From: Eledone cirrhosa
Lineage: Eukaryota
Length of the DNA stretch: 64,000 nt
Assembly: GCA_964016885.1 (NCBI GenBank)
Contig: OZ024759.1
Span: forward strand, 35,340,001 to 35,404,000
Reading direction: 5' to 3'
Each line of letters begins with the position of its first letter. The stretch's first letter is position 1. The notes beneath the pieces were generated by a model that saw nothing but the letters and a program-made list of their open reading frames with translations, had not been told where the DNA came from and searched no databases. Made by a program: the position numbers and the translations under genes. Positions 41,546 through 56,655 of the stretch are shown here, in pieces.

Positions 41546-43618
41546 CAGCTGCGAAGTGAAAAAGAAAGAAAGAACTACAACAATGTGAAGAGATGTTCAG
41601 TTTTTTTTTTTTCAAAGATAATATATTAGTTGTGTTGTTGTGTTTGAGAGATCGATATTAGAGAAGAGACGTTTATCGAGACACAAGCAACACAGTATCG
41701 ACCGACAGGATAATAATTATTGCTTCTTTACACTTTCTTTCTTCAGACACCTCTTACCACACCTCACACCACACACTATCTCTCTCTCTCACTGTCTCTC
41801 TCCGTCTCTCACACTCTCTTCGCATCTCTCTCTGTCTCTCTTTTTCTTTCTCCGTCTCTCCCCCTTTCTCTGTCAATGTCTCTCCCCCTTTCTCTGTCAA
41901 TGTCTCTGTTTCTCTCTCCCTTTCTCTCTATGACTCCCCCTCTCTCTCTCTACATTATATAAACACTTTCTACTTTTACTTTCGTTTTCAATCTTTATCT
42001 TGCACTCTGTCATTACCCTCTCTCTATCACCTCTCCCTCCCTCTCTCTGTCATTACCCTCTCTCTACCACCTCTCCCTCCCTCTCTCCCCCTCTGTCATT
42101 ACCCTCTCTCTACCACCTCTCCCTCCCTCCCTCTCTCTATCACCTCTCCCTCCCTCTCTCTGTCATTACCATCTCTCTATCACCTCTCCCTCTCGATCTC
42201 TGTCATCACCCTCTCTCTCTACCATCTCTCCCCCTCTATCTCTGTCATCACCCTCTCTCTCTACCATCTCTCCCTCTCTATCTCTGCCACCCCCCTCTCT
42301 CTCCATGTCTCACTTTCTCTGTCTCTCTCTGTTTCCGGTTACAGTTCAGTTGTACTTGTTTCTTCACCTCCCATTCGCAATTTTCTCACCTCTACCCCTT
42401 CCCCTATCTACCCCCCCATCTCTACCATCTCCTCCTCCTCCCCCCACCCAGTCACCCCCAGTTGTCTGAGTGTCCTCAAATTCCAACCCTTCGCAACATA
42501 CAATAACGACATAACGTTATAGTAGTGGTGGTAGTGGTGGTGGTAGTGCCAGTGGTGGTGGTGGTAGTGCCAGTGGTGGTGGTGGTAGTGCCAGTGGTGG
42601 TGGTGGTAGTGCCAGTGGTGGTGGTGGTAGTGGTGGTGGTAGTAGTGGTAGTAGGTAGGTGGTGGTGGTGGTGATGGTGGTAGTGGTAGCGGTGGTGCCA
42701 GTGGTAGTGGTGGTAGTGGTGGTAGTAGTGGTAGTGCCAGTGGTGGTGGTGGTAGTGGTGGTAGTAGTAGTAGTAGTAGTGGTAGTAATAGTAGTGATAG
42801 CTGTAGTAGTAGTAGTGGTAGCAGACGTAGTGGTGATGGTGGTAGTAGCAGTAGTAGTAATAGTAGTAGCAGCAGCGACATACTATTCTTCGAAGGGGTC
42901 ATTCCTAATGTTCTCGTTAGTGCCATGGTGACGGGGGTAAACCCAAATCTGTGGGGGCCGGGCGCAAGGGTTTCCTTAATGACCCCAGGGTGGTACTCAA
43001 CCCCACCCCCTATTTTGGGGGGTAATTCTGTTGTTATTAATGTATTGTTAGCTACTGTGTTCCCGGTTGTTTTTTGCCGTTTACTCTATTTTATATAAAA
43101 CCCCTTTCTTACAGCCCTGCTTTAAATATTGTCCTGTGTTTTAGACCAGGCTGACCAATGAAGACAATCACCACCTCCATCAACATCACCATCAACATCA
43201 TCAACATCATCATAGTAGTAGTAGAAGTAGTAGTAGTAGCAGTAGTAATATTATTATTAGTAGTAGCAGTAGTAACAGTAGTAGTAGCAGTAGTAGTAGT
43301 AGTAGTAGTAGGTGTAGTAGCAGTAGCAGCAACAGTAGTAGTAGCAGCAGTAGTAGTAGTAGCAGCAGTAGTAGTAGTAGCAGCAGCAGTAGTAGTAGTA
43401 GTAGCAGCAGCAGTAGTAGTAGTAGTAGTAACCTTTTGACGACGGCATTAATCGATGATTATTGAGAAAAGGACGTAAAATTAAATATTGAAACATTTGC
43501 GATGTTGGTCAGGTGATTTGATTTTCACCAAAGTCATCGAACCTTCGAACGGAGCTGGGAAGTCGATATTTCCCTGATTTATATAAAATGTGAGTTTTTA
43601 GGGATATTAGAAGTTAGT

Positions 43619-43690
<72 letters not shown>

Positions 43691-43858
43691 TTAATATAGA
43701 TGAGATTCTACAGGACTAGAACTGTTTCATTCTTGAGAAATCATATACCTTGTGTTTTTGATAGACGTAAGAGCGTGTTTTACATAGAGAGAGACACAGC
43801 TAGCTAGACAGAGAGTGAGATAGATAGGAGACATATATAGATATATATACAGGTGCGA

Positions 43859-43897
<39 letters not shown>

Positions 43898-43994
43898 GGA
43901 GGTGAGTTTTATTGTAGCACAATAAAGCAATGCAAATATCGGATAAGTAGCACTCTACAGTTTGTAGGACTGGAGTATAATATATTATATATAT

Positions 43995-44052
<58 letters not shown>

Positions 44053-44073
44053 TCACACACACATAGTAACATG

Positions 44074-44108
<35 letters not shown>

Positions 44109-44109
44109 A

Positions 44110-44147
<38 letters not shown>

Positions 44148-44223
44148 CGAAGGAAATGTGGTAAGGAACCAGATGGACCATAACGCACCAAAGTACTCAA
44201 TACTTAGGGTAGTAGAGTGGGTA

Positions 44224-44346
44224 ATAGGAACGAGTAGGACCCCGACGGCTGAGCTCAAGCCGTTTCGACGGCTAATTCTGCTAAACTGCGTCCAGAATTA
44301 GCCGTCGAAACGGCTTGAGCTCAGCCGTCGGGGTCCTACTCGTTCC

Positions 44347-44349
<3 letters not shown>
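44224..44349. repeat. Palindrome made of two 3' hammerhead halves (family F, GUC site)
   Basis: Arms 44224-44280 and 44293-44349. Each reads GAAAC-GGCT-TGAGCTC-AGCC-GTC-GGGGTCC; no CUGANGA present. Confidence 0.75.
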
Positions 44350-44400
<51 letters not shown>

Positions 44401-44561
44401 TAGATAGATATAGAAAGAGAGATAGATAGATATAGAAAGAGAGATAGATAGATATAGAAAGAGAGAGAGAGAGAGATTTACGGAGTGTGTATGTTTGTTG
44501 CTATGCTGTACATGTGAGTGATTAATGTATAGAACGTTTGGTTGGCAATTTATTCCCATCA

Positions 44562-44602
<41 letters not shown>

Positions 44603-46479
44603 GATACACATACGCATATATATATATATATATACAGACACAGACATACGTGCACACACATACATACACACACATATATATACACATACATATATACAGA
44701 CACACACACACACATAAACATATATATATATACACACACACACACATATATATATTTATATATAAACAGACACACAGAAACACACAGACACAAAGACACA
44801 CACACACACACATGCACAGAGAAACACATACACACATGCACAGACACACAGAGAAACACACAGGCACACACAGAGTCTCACACAGACACAAACACACACA
44901 GAAACACACAGTCTCACACAGACACAGAAACACACAGTCTCACACAGACACAGACAGTCTCACACAGACACAGACACACAGACACACAGACACAGACACA
45001 CACTTTCTGCTTTGACAGGAATTCACAACAGATCTGTGCAGTATAGAAAGATGTCGTTCTTTACATCTTATGATGCTCTGGTCTCTATCGTTTCTAGGAA
45101 CCAATAAACTGGAACGGATATATTTAACACAGCAATGAAACCAGCCAACTGCTACATTACATAATATAATATAATATAATATAATATAATATAATATAAT
45201 ATAATATAAACTAATATATAATATATGTGTGTATATATATGTGCACGCGTACCCATCTCATCTTCCTGTAATACAGTTTAGTTCATTTCACACATTCACT
45301 AATTCATACTATCTCTCTCTCTCTCTCCATCTCTCCCCTTCTTCTTCTTCTTCTTCTTCTCTCTATCTATCTCTCTTTCTATTTATATACACACATACTA
45401 ATAAACATATATTTACATAAATAGATGTGCATATATATATACACACACACGCACAATTCTCTACATGTACACACATGTATACCGTACACACACAGACTTA
45501 TGTAAATACACGCATATGTAGCTCTCTCTCTCTCACTTTCTCCCTACCTCTATCTATCTCTCCCTATTTCTCTATCTCTCTTCAATAATATATAATATAT
45601 AATTATATATACACACAGTTATACCCAGCATGCTATAAATTTAACATACATTTCTAGCAGTATGATCAAACACTTGCAGTCATATAAGAGTTGTAAAGAA
45701 AGGACAGAACCATTACTGCTACCACTCTAGGTCTCCAGCACTTCAAGTCTTTTATTGTTTCACCATTCCTGGATTTAGTTTGGCTGTCAGACAGGTAAGT
45801 CTGCTTTGTACGTATGTTACCTCTCTATAAACATCATACCTGTTCTCTCACATTCCCCACCCTCACATAGACATACCATCATACCACCATACTGCCACAT
45901 CCTTCCACCACACCATGCCATACCGTAACCATCACACCATACCACCATACCATACTACCACAACATCATACCACCATACCATAACCATCACACCACACCA
46001 TACCACCATACCATAACCATCACACCATACCACCATACCACCATACCATAACCATCACACCACACCATACCACCACGCCATACCATCATACCACTATACC
46101 ATACCACCACACCACACCATCATACCACTATACCATACCACCACACCACCATACTACCACACCACACCACCATACCATACTGCCACAACACCACACCACA
46201 CCACCATACCATCATACCATACTGCCACCATACTATACCACCACACCATCGTACCTGCTCCCACACCCCCACAACCATACCTAACCACTATACCTGCTGC
46301 CACACCCCCTCCACCACACCTAACCACCATACCACTATACCTGCAGCCCCCCACCCCCACAACCACACCATACCACCATACCGGCTCTTACACACCTCAA
46401 CCACACCACAAAACACAGCAATACCATCATACCTCACACACTTAACACCTTACCATTATACCACCACACCATACCATCA

Positions 46480-47125
46480 TAGTGGGGTAGATATTGGGGT
46501 GGATAGTGGGTAGATATTGGGTGATTAGTGGGTAGATAGTGGGGTAGATATTGGGGTGGATAGTGGGTGTATAGTGGGTAGATAGTGGGGTGGATAGTGG
46601 GTAGTTATTGGGGTAGATATTGGGTGGATAGTGGGTAGATAGTGGGGTAGATATTGGGGTGGATAGTGGGTAGATATTGGGGTGGATAGTGGGTGGATAG
46701 TGGGGTGGGTAGTGGGTAGATAGTGGGGTGGATAGTGGGTAGATATTGGAGTAGATAGTGGGGTAGATATTGGGTGGATAGTGGGTAGATATTGGAGTAG
46801 ATAGTGGGGTAGATATTGGGTGGATAGTGGGTAGATATTGGAGTAGATATTGGGGTGGATAGTGGGTAGATATTGGGGTGGATAGTGGGTAGATATTGGG
46901 GTAGATATTGGGTAGATATTGGGCAGTTATTGGGGTGGATATTGGGATGAAGAGTGGGTCATATTGGGGTTGATATTAGGGTGGATGTGGGGTGGGTATT
47001 GGGTGGATATTGGGTAGATATAGGATAGATATTGGGTAGATATTGGGGTGGAGTGTGGGTAAAGTTGGGGTAGATATTGGGGTGGAGAGTGGGGTGGATA
47101 GTGGGTAGATATTGGGGTAGGGACA
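46480..47125 (+). repeat. G-rich TAGTGGG/TATTGGGG minisatellite
   Basis: Dense GGG/GGGG runs with short loops. Confidence 0.9.
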
Positions 47126-47799
47126 GGGTAGATGGTGTTTAGGTATGTGCACACACATATACACATGTGCACAGCTGTACACATGTGTACATATACTCAC
47201 ATGTGTACATATACATGTGTACACCGCACCACATACATATACATGTGTACACAGCACCACACGTGCATACAAATATATAACCACAGCCACTATAGCAATT
47301 ATTAATACATACATACATACACATATGCACATACATACATACACTCATGTACATATGCATGTACACACACCTACATAGATATACACACATACACACATAC
47401 ATGTACATATACATGCGCACATTAACACAGAAGCAAGCACACACATACACACATACCTGTACAGACACACACAAATACATATGCACACAGACATATACAC
47501 ACATACAAGTACACACATGCACATACATACATATACACACATGCACACACTCATACACATATATACATAGACACTGAGGCAAACACATGTATACATGTGC
47601 ACACACAGTCATATGCACACATACACACAACATGCAGAAATATATTGTCATAGTTTGGCTGAAAGCTTTTTAAAAAAAACAACTTCTTTTCCCTTATAAG
47701 TTACTTCACAGCATCTCAACACATAAGCACACCTCTTTATATTAACTTTATCCTCTCAGCACTTTGTAAAAGTCCACAAAATAAGCTACATAGATGGAG

Positions 47800-48155
47800 G
47801 CATATGGCTTAGTGGTTAGAGCATTGGCCTTGCAATCGAAAGGTTGTGAGTTCAATTCTCAGACCGGGTGATGTGTTGTTTCCTTGAGCAACACACTTTA
47901 TTTCACATTGCTCCAGTTTACTCAGCTGTAGAAATGAGTTGATAGGACTGGGGTCCCTATCATTCCACTGCAAAGTGGTCGTGGGGGTGCCATGGCAAAA
48001 AATGCACCCATCCCACACTGCAAAGTGGATGTGTAGGCGCCACGTAAAAGATGGTGTTAGGAAGGGTATCCAGCTGTAGAAATCAAGCCAGAATCAGTTC
48101 CAGTCCCACCCTTGCAAGCAGGGAAAAGCGGACGTAAAATGATGATGATGATGAT
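47800..48155 (+). mobile_element. tRNA-derived SINE family B, full length
   Basis: A-box TGGCTTAGTGG, B-box GAGTTCAATTC, RTE-like 3' end and (GAT)n tail. Confidence 0.8.
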
Positions 48156-48633
48156 ATCGATACAGCAACAAATTATCAGGCTGTCCTTGAATCAAGTCAG
48201 TCCACTATTTAGTATTTACTATTTTCTATCTTCTATCCTCTACTTTCTTCTATATCCTATCTACTATTCCATGTTTGGGGTCAACGTAATCCTGTTATAT
48301 AATTCTGCAAATAACACCTGATGAAATCGTCTAGCCTCACATCATAATTGGATGATAGGGCTGGGCCTTCAAAATATGTATAATGCTTCTGCGAAATTAA
48401 AATTGTAAAGTAAATTTTCCAGTCCAGCTTTCTGTTGTTATATATATATATACATATAAATCATGATTTCATAGGAATGAAACAGTTCTAGTCATGTAGA
48501 TGTCATTTCTATAAATAATTGTTTCTACTTTTGGCACAAGGCCAGCAATTACCCAGTACATTACTGGTACTTTATTTTATCGACCCCGTAAGGATGAAAG
48601 GCAAAGTTAACCTCGGCGGGATTTGATAAATAA

Positions 48634-48704
<71 letters not shown>

Positions 48705-48730
48705 CAAAAGATGGTTAAAAGAGTTCCATG

Positions 48731-48801
48731 TATTTTATTATGCGTATTTCAAAAACAAATATCATCATGGGATGATATTTGCGTTCTCATCAGATAAAAT
48801 A
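48731..48801 (-). ncRNA. Minimal type I hammerhead ribozyme, family G, in a 48698-48918 inverted repeat
   Basis: Minus strand: TATTTTAT-CTGATGA-GAACG-CAAATATCATC-CCAT-GATGATATTTG-TTTT-GAAA-TACGCATA-ATAAAATA. The plus-strand arm has palindromic ATGCGCAT helix III. Confidence 0.8.
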
Positions 48802-49431
48802 GGGAGACATGATATGAAGCTTAAAAAACACTTGCGAGCAGTGAAGTGTTAAATCAACATTTTTGAAATGCGCATAATAAAATACATGGAACTCTTTTAA
48901 CCATCTTTTGATTTTATATTATTTATACTCCAGCCCTATAAACTGTTGAGTGCTACTTATCCGATATTTGCATTGCTTTATTGTGCTACAATAAAACTCA
49001 CCTCCTACATATCATCATCATCATCCTCGTTTAATGTCCACTTTCCACGCTAGCATGGGTTAGACTATATATATATGTTAACGTATTTGTTTTGCGAAAT
49101 TCTTGATGTGAAATCATGTGTTAAAACCAATATTGCTATATTCATTGGCAATATAGGCACCATCTTCTTCATCTTCTTCTTCTTGAGTCATTCCTCCATC
49201 AAAGGTGAAGCATCCTTTTCTAATGACTAGAATATATGTGGCTCACCACACCTGCTTACTCATAGATTTCTCTGTTAACTGGAGCAGTTGTGTCAGCCTA
49301 TTGTCGAATTAATAGTCGTTCATCTGCAAAGCCACTGGTGTCCACAATGCTGAGGTCATCTAATTAAACTGATGATCGTCACATGAGCTAATGCTTACTA
49401 TGAGACAAGCAGGGTTTTTATCGAGGCTTAC

Positions 49432-51290
49432 TTCTCTAGATCTGACCTGTTCTGCTAGACTATCCCATGATAGCTGTATCAGAGTCTCTAGATCTGACCT
49501 GTTCTGCTAGACTATCCCATGATAGCCATATCAGAGACTCTAGATCTGACCTGTTCTGCTAGACTATCCTATGATAGCCATATCAGAGACTCTAGATCTG
49601 ACCTGTTCTGCTAGACTATCCCATGATAGCCATATCAGAGACTCTAGATCTGACCTGTTCTGCTAGACTATCCTATGATAGCCATATCAGAGACTCTAGA
49701 TCTGACCTGTTCTGCTAGACTATCTTATGGTAGCCATATCAGAGACCCTAGATCTGACCTGTTCTGCTAGACTATCCCATGATAGCCATATCAGAGACTC
49801 TAGATCTGACCTGTTCTAGACTATCCCATGATAGCCATATCAGAGTCTCTAGATCTGACCTGTTCTGCTAGACTATCCTATGATAGCCATATCAGAGACT
49901 CTAGATCTGACCTGTTCTGCTAGACTATCCTATGATAGCCATATCAGAGTCTCTAGATCTGACCTGTTCTGCTAGACTATCCTATGATAGCCATATCAGA
50001 GACTCTAGATCTGACCTGTTCTGCTAGACTATCCTATGATAGCCATATCAGAGACCCTAGATCTGACCTGTTCTGCTAGACTATCTTATGGTAGCCATAT
50101 CAGAGACCCTAGATCTGACCTGTTCTGCTAGACTATCCTATGATAGCCATATCAGAGACTCTAGATCTGACCTGTTCTGCTAGACTATCTTATGATAGCC
50201 ATATCAGAGACTCTAGATCTGACCTGTTCTGCTAGACTATCCCATGATAGCCATATCAGAGACTCTAGATCTGACCTGTTCTGCTAGACTATCCTATGAT
50301 AGCCATATCAGAGACTCTAGATCTGACCTGTTCTGCTAGACTATCCCATGATAGCCATATCAGAGACTCTAGATCTGACCTGTTCTGCTAGACTATCCTA
50401 TGATAGCCATATCAGAGACTCTAGATCTGACCTGTTCTGCTAGACTATCTTATGGTAGCCATATCAGAGACCCTAGATCTGACCTGTTCTGCTAGACTAT
50501 CCCATGATAGCCATATCAGAGACTCTAGATCTGACCTGTTCTAGACTATCCCATGATAGCCATATCAGAGTCTCTAGATCTGACCTGTTCTGCTAGACTA
50601 TCCTATGATAGCCATATCAGAGACTCTAGATCTGACCTGTTCTGCTAGACTATCCTATGATAGCCATATCAGAGTCTCTAGATCTGACCTGTTCTGCTAG
50701 ACTATCCTATGATAGCCATATCAGAGTCTCTAGATCTGACCTGTTCTGCTAGACTATCCTATGATAGCCATATCAGAGACTCTAGATCTGACCTGTTCTA
50801 GACTTTCTTATGATAGCCATATCAGAGACTCTAGATCTGACCTGTTCTAGACTTTCTTATGATAGCCATATCAGAGACTCTAGATCTGACCTGTTCTGCT
50901 AGACTATCCTATGATAGCCATATCAGAGACTCTAGATCTGACCTGTTCTGCTAGACTATCTTATGATAGCCATATCAGAGACTCTAGATCTGACCTGTTC
51001 TAGACTTTCTTATGATAGCCATATCAGAGACTCTAGATCTGACCTGTTCTGCTAGACTATCCTATGATAGCCATATCAGAGACTCTAGATCTGACCTGTT
51101 CTGCTAGACTATCTTATGATAGCCATATCAGAGACTCTAGATCTGACCTGTTCTGCTAGACTATCCTATGATAGCCATATCAGAGACTCTAGATCTGACC
51201 TGTTCTGCTAGACTATCTTATGATAGCCATATCAGAGACTCTAGATCTGACCTGTTCTGCTAGACTATCTTATGGTAGCCATATCAGAGG
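49432..51290. repeat. 52-bp minisatellite (~36 copies)
   Basis: Unit CTCTAGATCTGACCTGTTCTGCTAGACTATCCTATGATAGCCATATCAGAGA. Confidence 0.95.
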
Positions 51291-51499
51291 TACCTCGTGG
51301 CTTCTCACCACACAGGTCAATCTTCGAACTGAGAGAGACTAAGTGCTCAGCTTGAATAAGTTTATGTCGCTCACCATCAGTTCATTGTCATTTCTCTGAG
51401 TTATATGCTGAAGACACTCAGGGACGCCACAAAAGACATTCCAGTGACAACCAGTGAAATCTACTGCAGCTCTGCACACACTTAAATTAACACATATAT

Positions 51500-54249
51500 A
51501 TATATATATACGCCCACACAATATATATATACACACCCTCACAATATATATATTTACACACCCACACAATATATACATTTACACACCCACACAATATATA
51601 CATTTACACACCCACACAATATATACATATGTACACACCCACACAATATATACATATGTACACACCCACACTATATATACATATGTACACACCCACACTA
51701 TATATACATTTACACACCCACACAATATATACATATGTACACACCCACACTATATATACATTTACACACCCACACAATATATACATATGTACACACCCAC
51801 ACAATATATACATTTACACACCCACACAATATATACATATGTACACACCCACACAATATATACATATGTACACACCCACACTATATATACATTTACACAC
51901 CCACACAATATATACATATGTACACACCCACACAATATACACACCCACACAATATATACATATGTACACACCCACACAATATATACATATGTACACACCC
52001 ACACAATATATACATATGTACACACCCACACAATATATACATATGTACACACCCACACAATATATACATTTACACACCCACACAATATATACATATGTAC
52101 ACACCCACACAATATATATATATGTACACACCCACACAATATATATACATATGTACACACCCACACTATATATACATATGTACACACCCACACAATATAC
52201 ACACCCACACTATATATACATATGTACACACCCACACAATATATACATTTACACACCCACACAATATATACATATGTACACACCCACACAATATATACAT
52301 TTACACACCCACACAATATATACATATGTACACACCCACACTATATATACATATGTACACACCCACACAATATATATATATGTACACACCCACACAATAT
52401 ATATATATGTACACACCCACACAATATATATACATATGTACACACCCACACTATATATACATATGTACACACCCACACAATATATATATATGTACACACC
52501 CACACAATATATATATATGTACACACCCACACAATATATATACATATGTACACACCCACACTATATATACATATGTACACACCCACACTATATATACATA
52601 TGTACACACCCACACAATATATACATTTACACACCCACACAATATATACATATGTACACACCCACACAATATATACATTTACACACCCACACAATATATA
52701 CATATGTACACACCCACACAATATATACATATGTACACACCCACACAATATATACATTTACACACCCACACAATATATACATATGTACACACCCACACAA
52801 TATATATATATGTACACACCCACACAATATATATATATGTACACACCCACACAATATATACATATGTACACACCCACACAATATACACACCCACACAATA
52901 TATACATATGTACACACCCACACAATATATACATATGTACACACCCACACAATATATATATATGTACACACCCACACAATATATATATATGTACACACCC
53001 ACACAATATATACATATGTACACACCCACACAATATACACACCCACACAATATATACATATGTACACACCCACACAATATATATATATGTACACACCCAC
53101 ACAATATATATATATGTACACACCCACACAATATATACATATGTACACACCCACACAATATACACACCCACACAATATATACATATGTACACACCCACAC
53201 AATATATATATATGTACACACCCACACAATATATATACATATGTACACACCCACACTATATATACATATGTACACACCCACACAATATACACACCCACAC
53301 TATATATACATATGTACACACCCACACAATATATACATTTACACACCCACACAATATATACATATGTACACACCCACACAATATATACATTTACACACCC
53401 ACACAATATATACATATGTACACACCCACACTATATATACATATGTACACACCCACACAATATATATACATATGTACACACCCACACTATATATACATAT
53501 GTACACACCCACACAATATATATATATGTACACACCCACACAATATATATATATGTACACACCCACACAATATATACATATGTACACACCCACACTATAT
53601 ATACATATGTACACACCCACACAATATATACATATGTACACACCCACACAATATATACATATGTACACACCCACACAATATATATATATGTACACACCCA
53701 CACAATATATACATATGTACACACCCACACTATATATACATTTACACATCCACACAATATATACATATGTACACACCCACACAATATACACACCCACACA
53801 ATATATACATATGTACACACCCACACAATATATATATATGTACACACCCACACAATATATACATATGTACACACCCACACAATATATACATATGTACACA
53901 CCCACACAATATATATACATATGTACACACCCACACAATATATACATATGTACACACCCACACAATATATATATATGTACACACCCACACTATATATATA
54001 TATATATATATATATGCATACACACCCACACTATATATATATATATATATATATATGCATACACACCCACACTATATATATATATATATATATATGCATA
54101 CATGCCCACACTATATATATATATCATCATGATCATTTAACGTCCATCTTCCACGCTTGCATATATATATATATATATATACACCCACACAAGATATATA
54201 TATATATGCATATATATATATATATATATATATGCATATATATATATGC

Positions 54250-54282
<33 letters not shown>

Positions 54283-54668
54283 CATATATATATATACATA
54301 TATATATATGCATATATATATATGTATATACATATATATGTATATACATATATATGTATATACATATATATGTATATACATATATATGTATATACATATA
54401 TACATATACATATATGTATATACACTTCCGACCATTCCCGCATCAAGTGGAACAGAACCGTCCAACCCATGCTAGCATGGAAGATGGACGTTAAACGATG
54501 ATGATGATGATATATTATATTGGTGTGTATATATATATGTATATATTGTGAGGGTGTATAAATATATATATTGTGAGGGTGTGTACATCATCATTTTACG
54601 ACCGCTTTTCCTTGCTTGCAAGGTATATATATTTTGTGGGCGTGTATATATATATATATATTGTGTGG

Positions 54669-54717
<49 letters not shown>

Positions 54718-54874
54718 GTGGGTGTGTATATATGTATATATATTGTGTGGGTGTGTACATATGTATATATATTGTGTGGGTGTGTACATATGTATATATA
54801 TTGTGTGGGTGTGTACATATGTATATATACATTGTGTGGGTGTGTACATATATATTTATATTTTGTGGGTGGGC

Positions 54875-54926
<52 letters not shown>

Positions 54927-54975
54927 TGTGTATATATATTGCAAGCAGGGAAAAAGCGGACGTAAAATGAAATGA

Positions 54976-55009
<34 letters not shown>

Positions 55010-55195
55010 TGGGTGTGTACATATGTATACACATGTATATACACCCATACAATATATATATATATAGTGTGGGTGTGTATATATGTATACATCTGTATAC
55101 ATATGTATGTATATACACCCATACAATATATATATATATATAGTGTGGGTGTGTACATATGTATATATATATATGTATATACACCCATACAATAT
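51500..55195. repeat. ~27-bp CACACCCACACAATATATACATATGTA minisatellite; orientation flips at ~54500
   Basis: Forward copies at 51500-54190; reverse-complement copies at 54520-55170. Confidence 0.9.
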
Positions 55196-55739
55196 ATATA
55201 ATAATAATACTGGTTTCTGATTTAGGCACAAGGCCAGCAATTTGAAGGGGGGGGGGGTTGATTAAATCGACACCAGTGTATTACTGGTACTTATTTTATC
55301 AACCCTGTAATGATGAAAAGCAAAGGTAACCTTGGCGGGATTTGAACTCAGAACGTAAAAGGCCATAACTCTATGCTGCAAAGCATGGCCCCTGACCACC
55401 TACCAATACTGCCAATCCACCACCCTATAATAATGGTTTCTTATATAGGCACAAGGCCAGCAATTTTGGGGGAGGGGAAAGTTGATTAAATCGACCCCAG
55501 TATATGACTGGTACTTTATTTTGTCGACCCCGTAAGGATGAAAGGCAAAGTTAACCTCGGCCACCACCCTATACTAATGAAACTTATTGTGTACAGTGCT
55601 CAGGTGCACTACAACTCATCAAAGGTGCCTGTATAGTACATAGAATAATGTACAAATGTCAGGAATATATATGTACACACCTACACAATATATATATACA
55701 CCCCGACAATAAATATATATATATGAAGTATTTCTGTAG

Positions 55740-55842
55740 GAAGGGTAAAGGAAAGGAGAGTGCTCTATGTATGCTACAGAGCTATTTTGATGAGCGATTT
55801 CAAACATCTCTGTTGAGCTCGTCTGTCTTCGTGAAACCTTTG
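55740..55842 (+). CDS. Internal coding exon of unidentified gene (KGKGKESALCMLQSYFDERFQTSLLSSSVFVKPL)
   Basis: TTTCTGTAG acceptor and TTG|GTAAAT donor; one open frame; ends in phase 0, matching the next exon. Confidence 0.55.
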
Positions 55843-56176
55843 GTAAATGGAATAACTGTCTTATGTTGTTTATTACATAATTATATATATAAACACAATA
55901 TATATATACATATATACACACCCACACAATATATACATATATACACATTACTGCATGGCCATTAACTCTCATTAGTTCTCCTGCCCTTTATCGACTTTTG
56001 TTTTCCATTTGGTAGGGTCTCCAAAACCACCCTCCTCACTAAATAAACTTGGTAAGGAGGGTGGTTTAGTCACCGATGACACGACCATATGACAAGTTGT
56101 GGTGGGTTAACAATAAAAAAATATATATATTATTCAAAATATTAATAAATGAAAAATATTCTCATAATCAAAATAT

Positions 56177-56241
56177 ATATTTTATTATACATATTTCAAA
56201 GGTACATTGGTGTTTATGTACGTTTTCATCAGACAAAATAT
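56177..56241 (-). ncRNA. Minimal type I hammerhead, family D second copy
   Basis: 56130-56290 is homologous to 11108-11272, with an intact CTGATGA/GAAA core on the minus strand. Confidence 0.7.
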
Positions 56242-56530
56242 AAGATTTGATATGTGACATACCGCTACAGTTTTGATTATTCAATTCCATATATATATAT
56301 ATTGTTATACTTGGGGAGGATCATATTGTTGTAATAATATTGCCCGAAATAATAACAGAACACACTCACTGTTTGGTTGGCTTTCGCTTCTGTATCTTTT
56401 ATATCTCCACAGTTAATTTATTTGGCAATCACGACATATATATATATATATAACGAAGGAAATGTGGTAAGGAACCAGGTGGACCATAACGCACCAAAGT
56501 ACTCAATACTTGGGGTAGTAGAGTGGGTAA

Positions 56531-56655
56531 TAGGAACCAGTAAGACCCCGACGGCTGAGCTCAAGCCGTTTCGACGGCTAATTCTGGACTAATTGAGTCC
56601 AGAATTAGCCGTCGAAACGGCTTGAGCTCAGCCGTCGGGGTCTTACTGGTTCCTA
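56531..56655. repeat. Palindrome of two 3' hammerhead halves (family F), second locus
   Basis: Arms 56531-56590 and 56596-56655; same family and same adjoining tail as 44148-44349. Confidence 0.75.

Noticed and set aside
47800-47875. tRNA gene
   Set aside because: A/B boxes continue into a SINE body and tail; no proper acceptor stem, and multiple dispersed copies.
48318-48390. CTGATGA with a following hairpin
   Set aside because: The GAAA half reads CAAAA and helix I does not pair; at most a decayed relic.
51339-51480. Possible exon on either strand
   Set aside because: Plus-strand frames contain stops, and the minus-strand candidate has no compatible partner exons.
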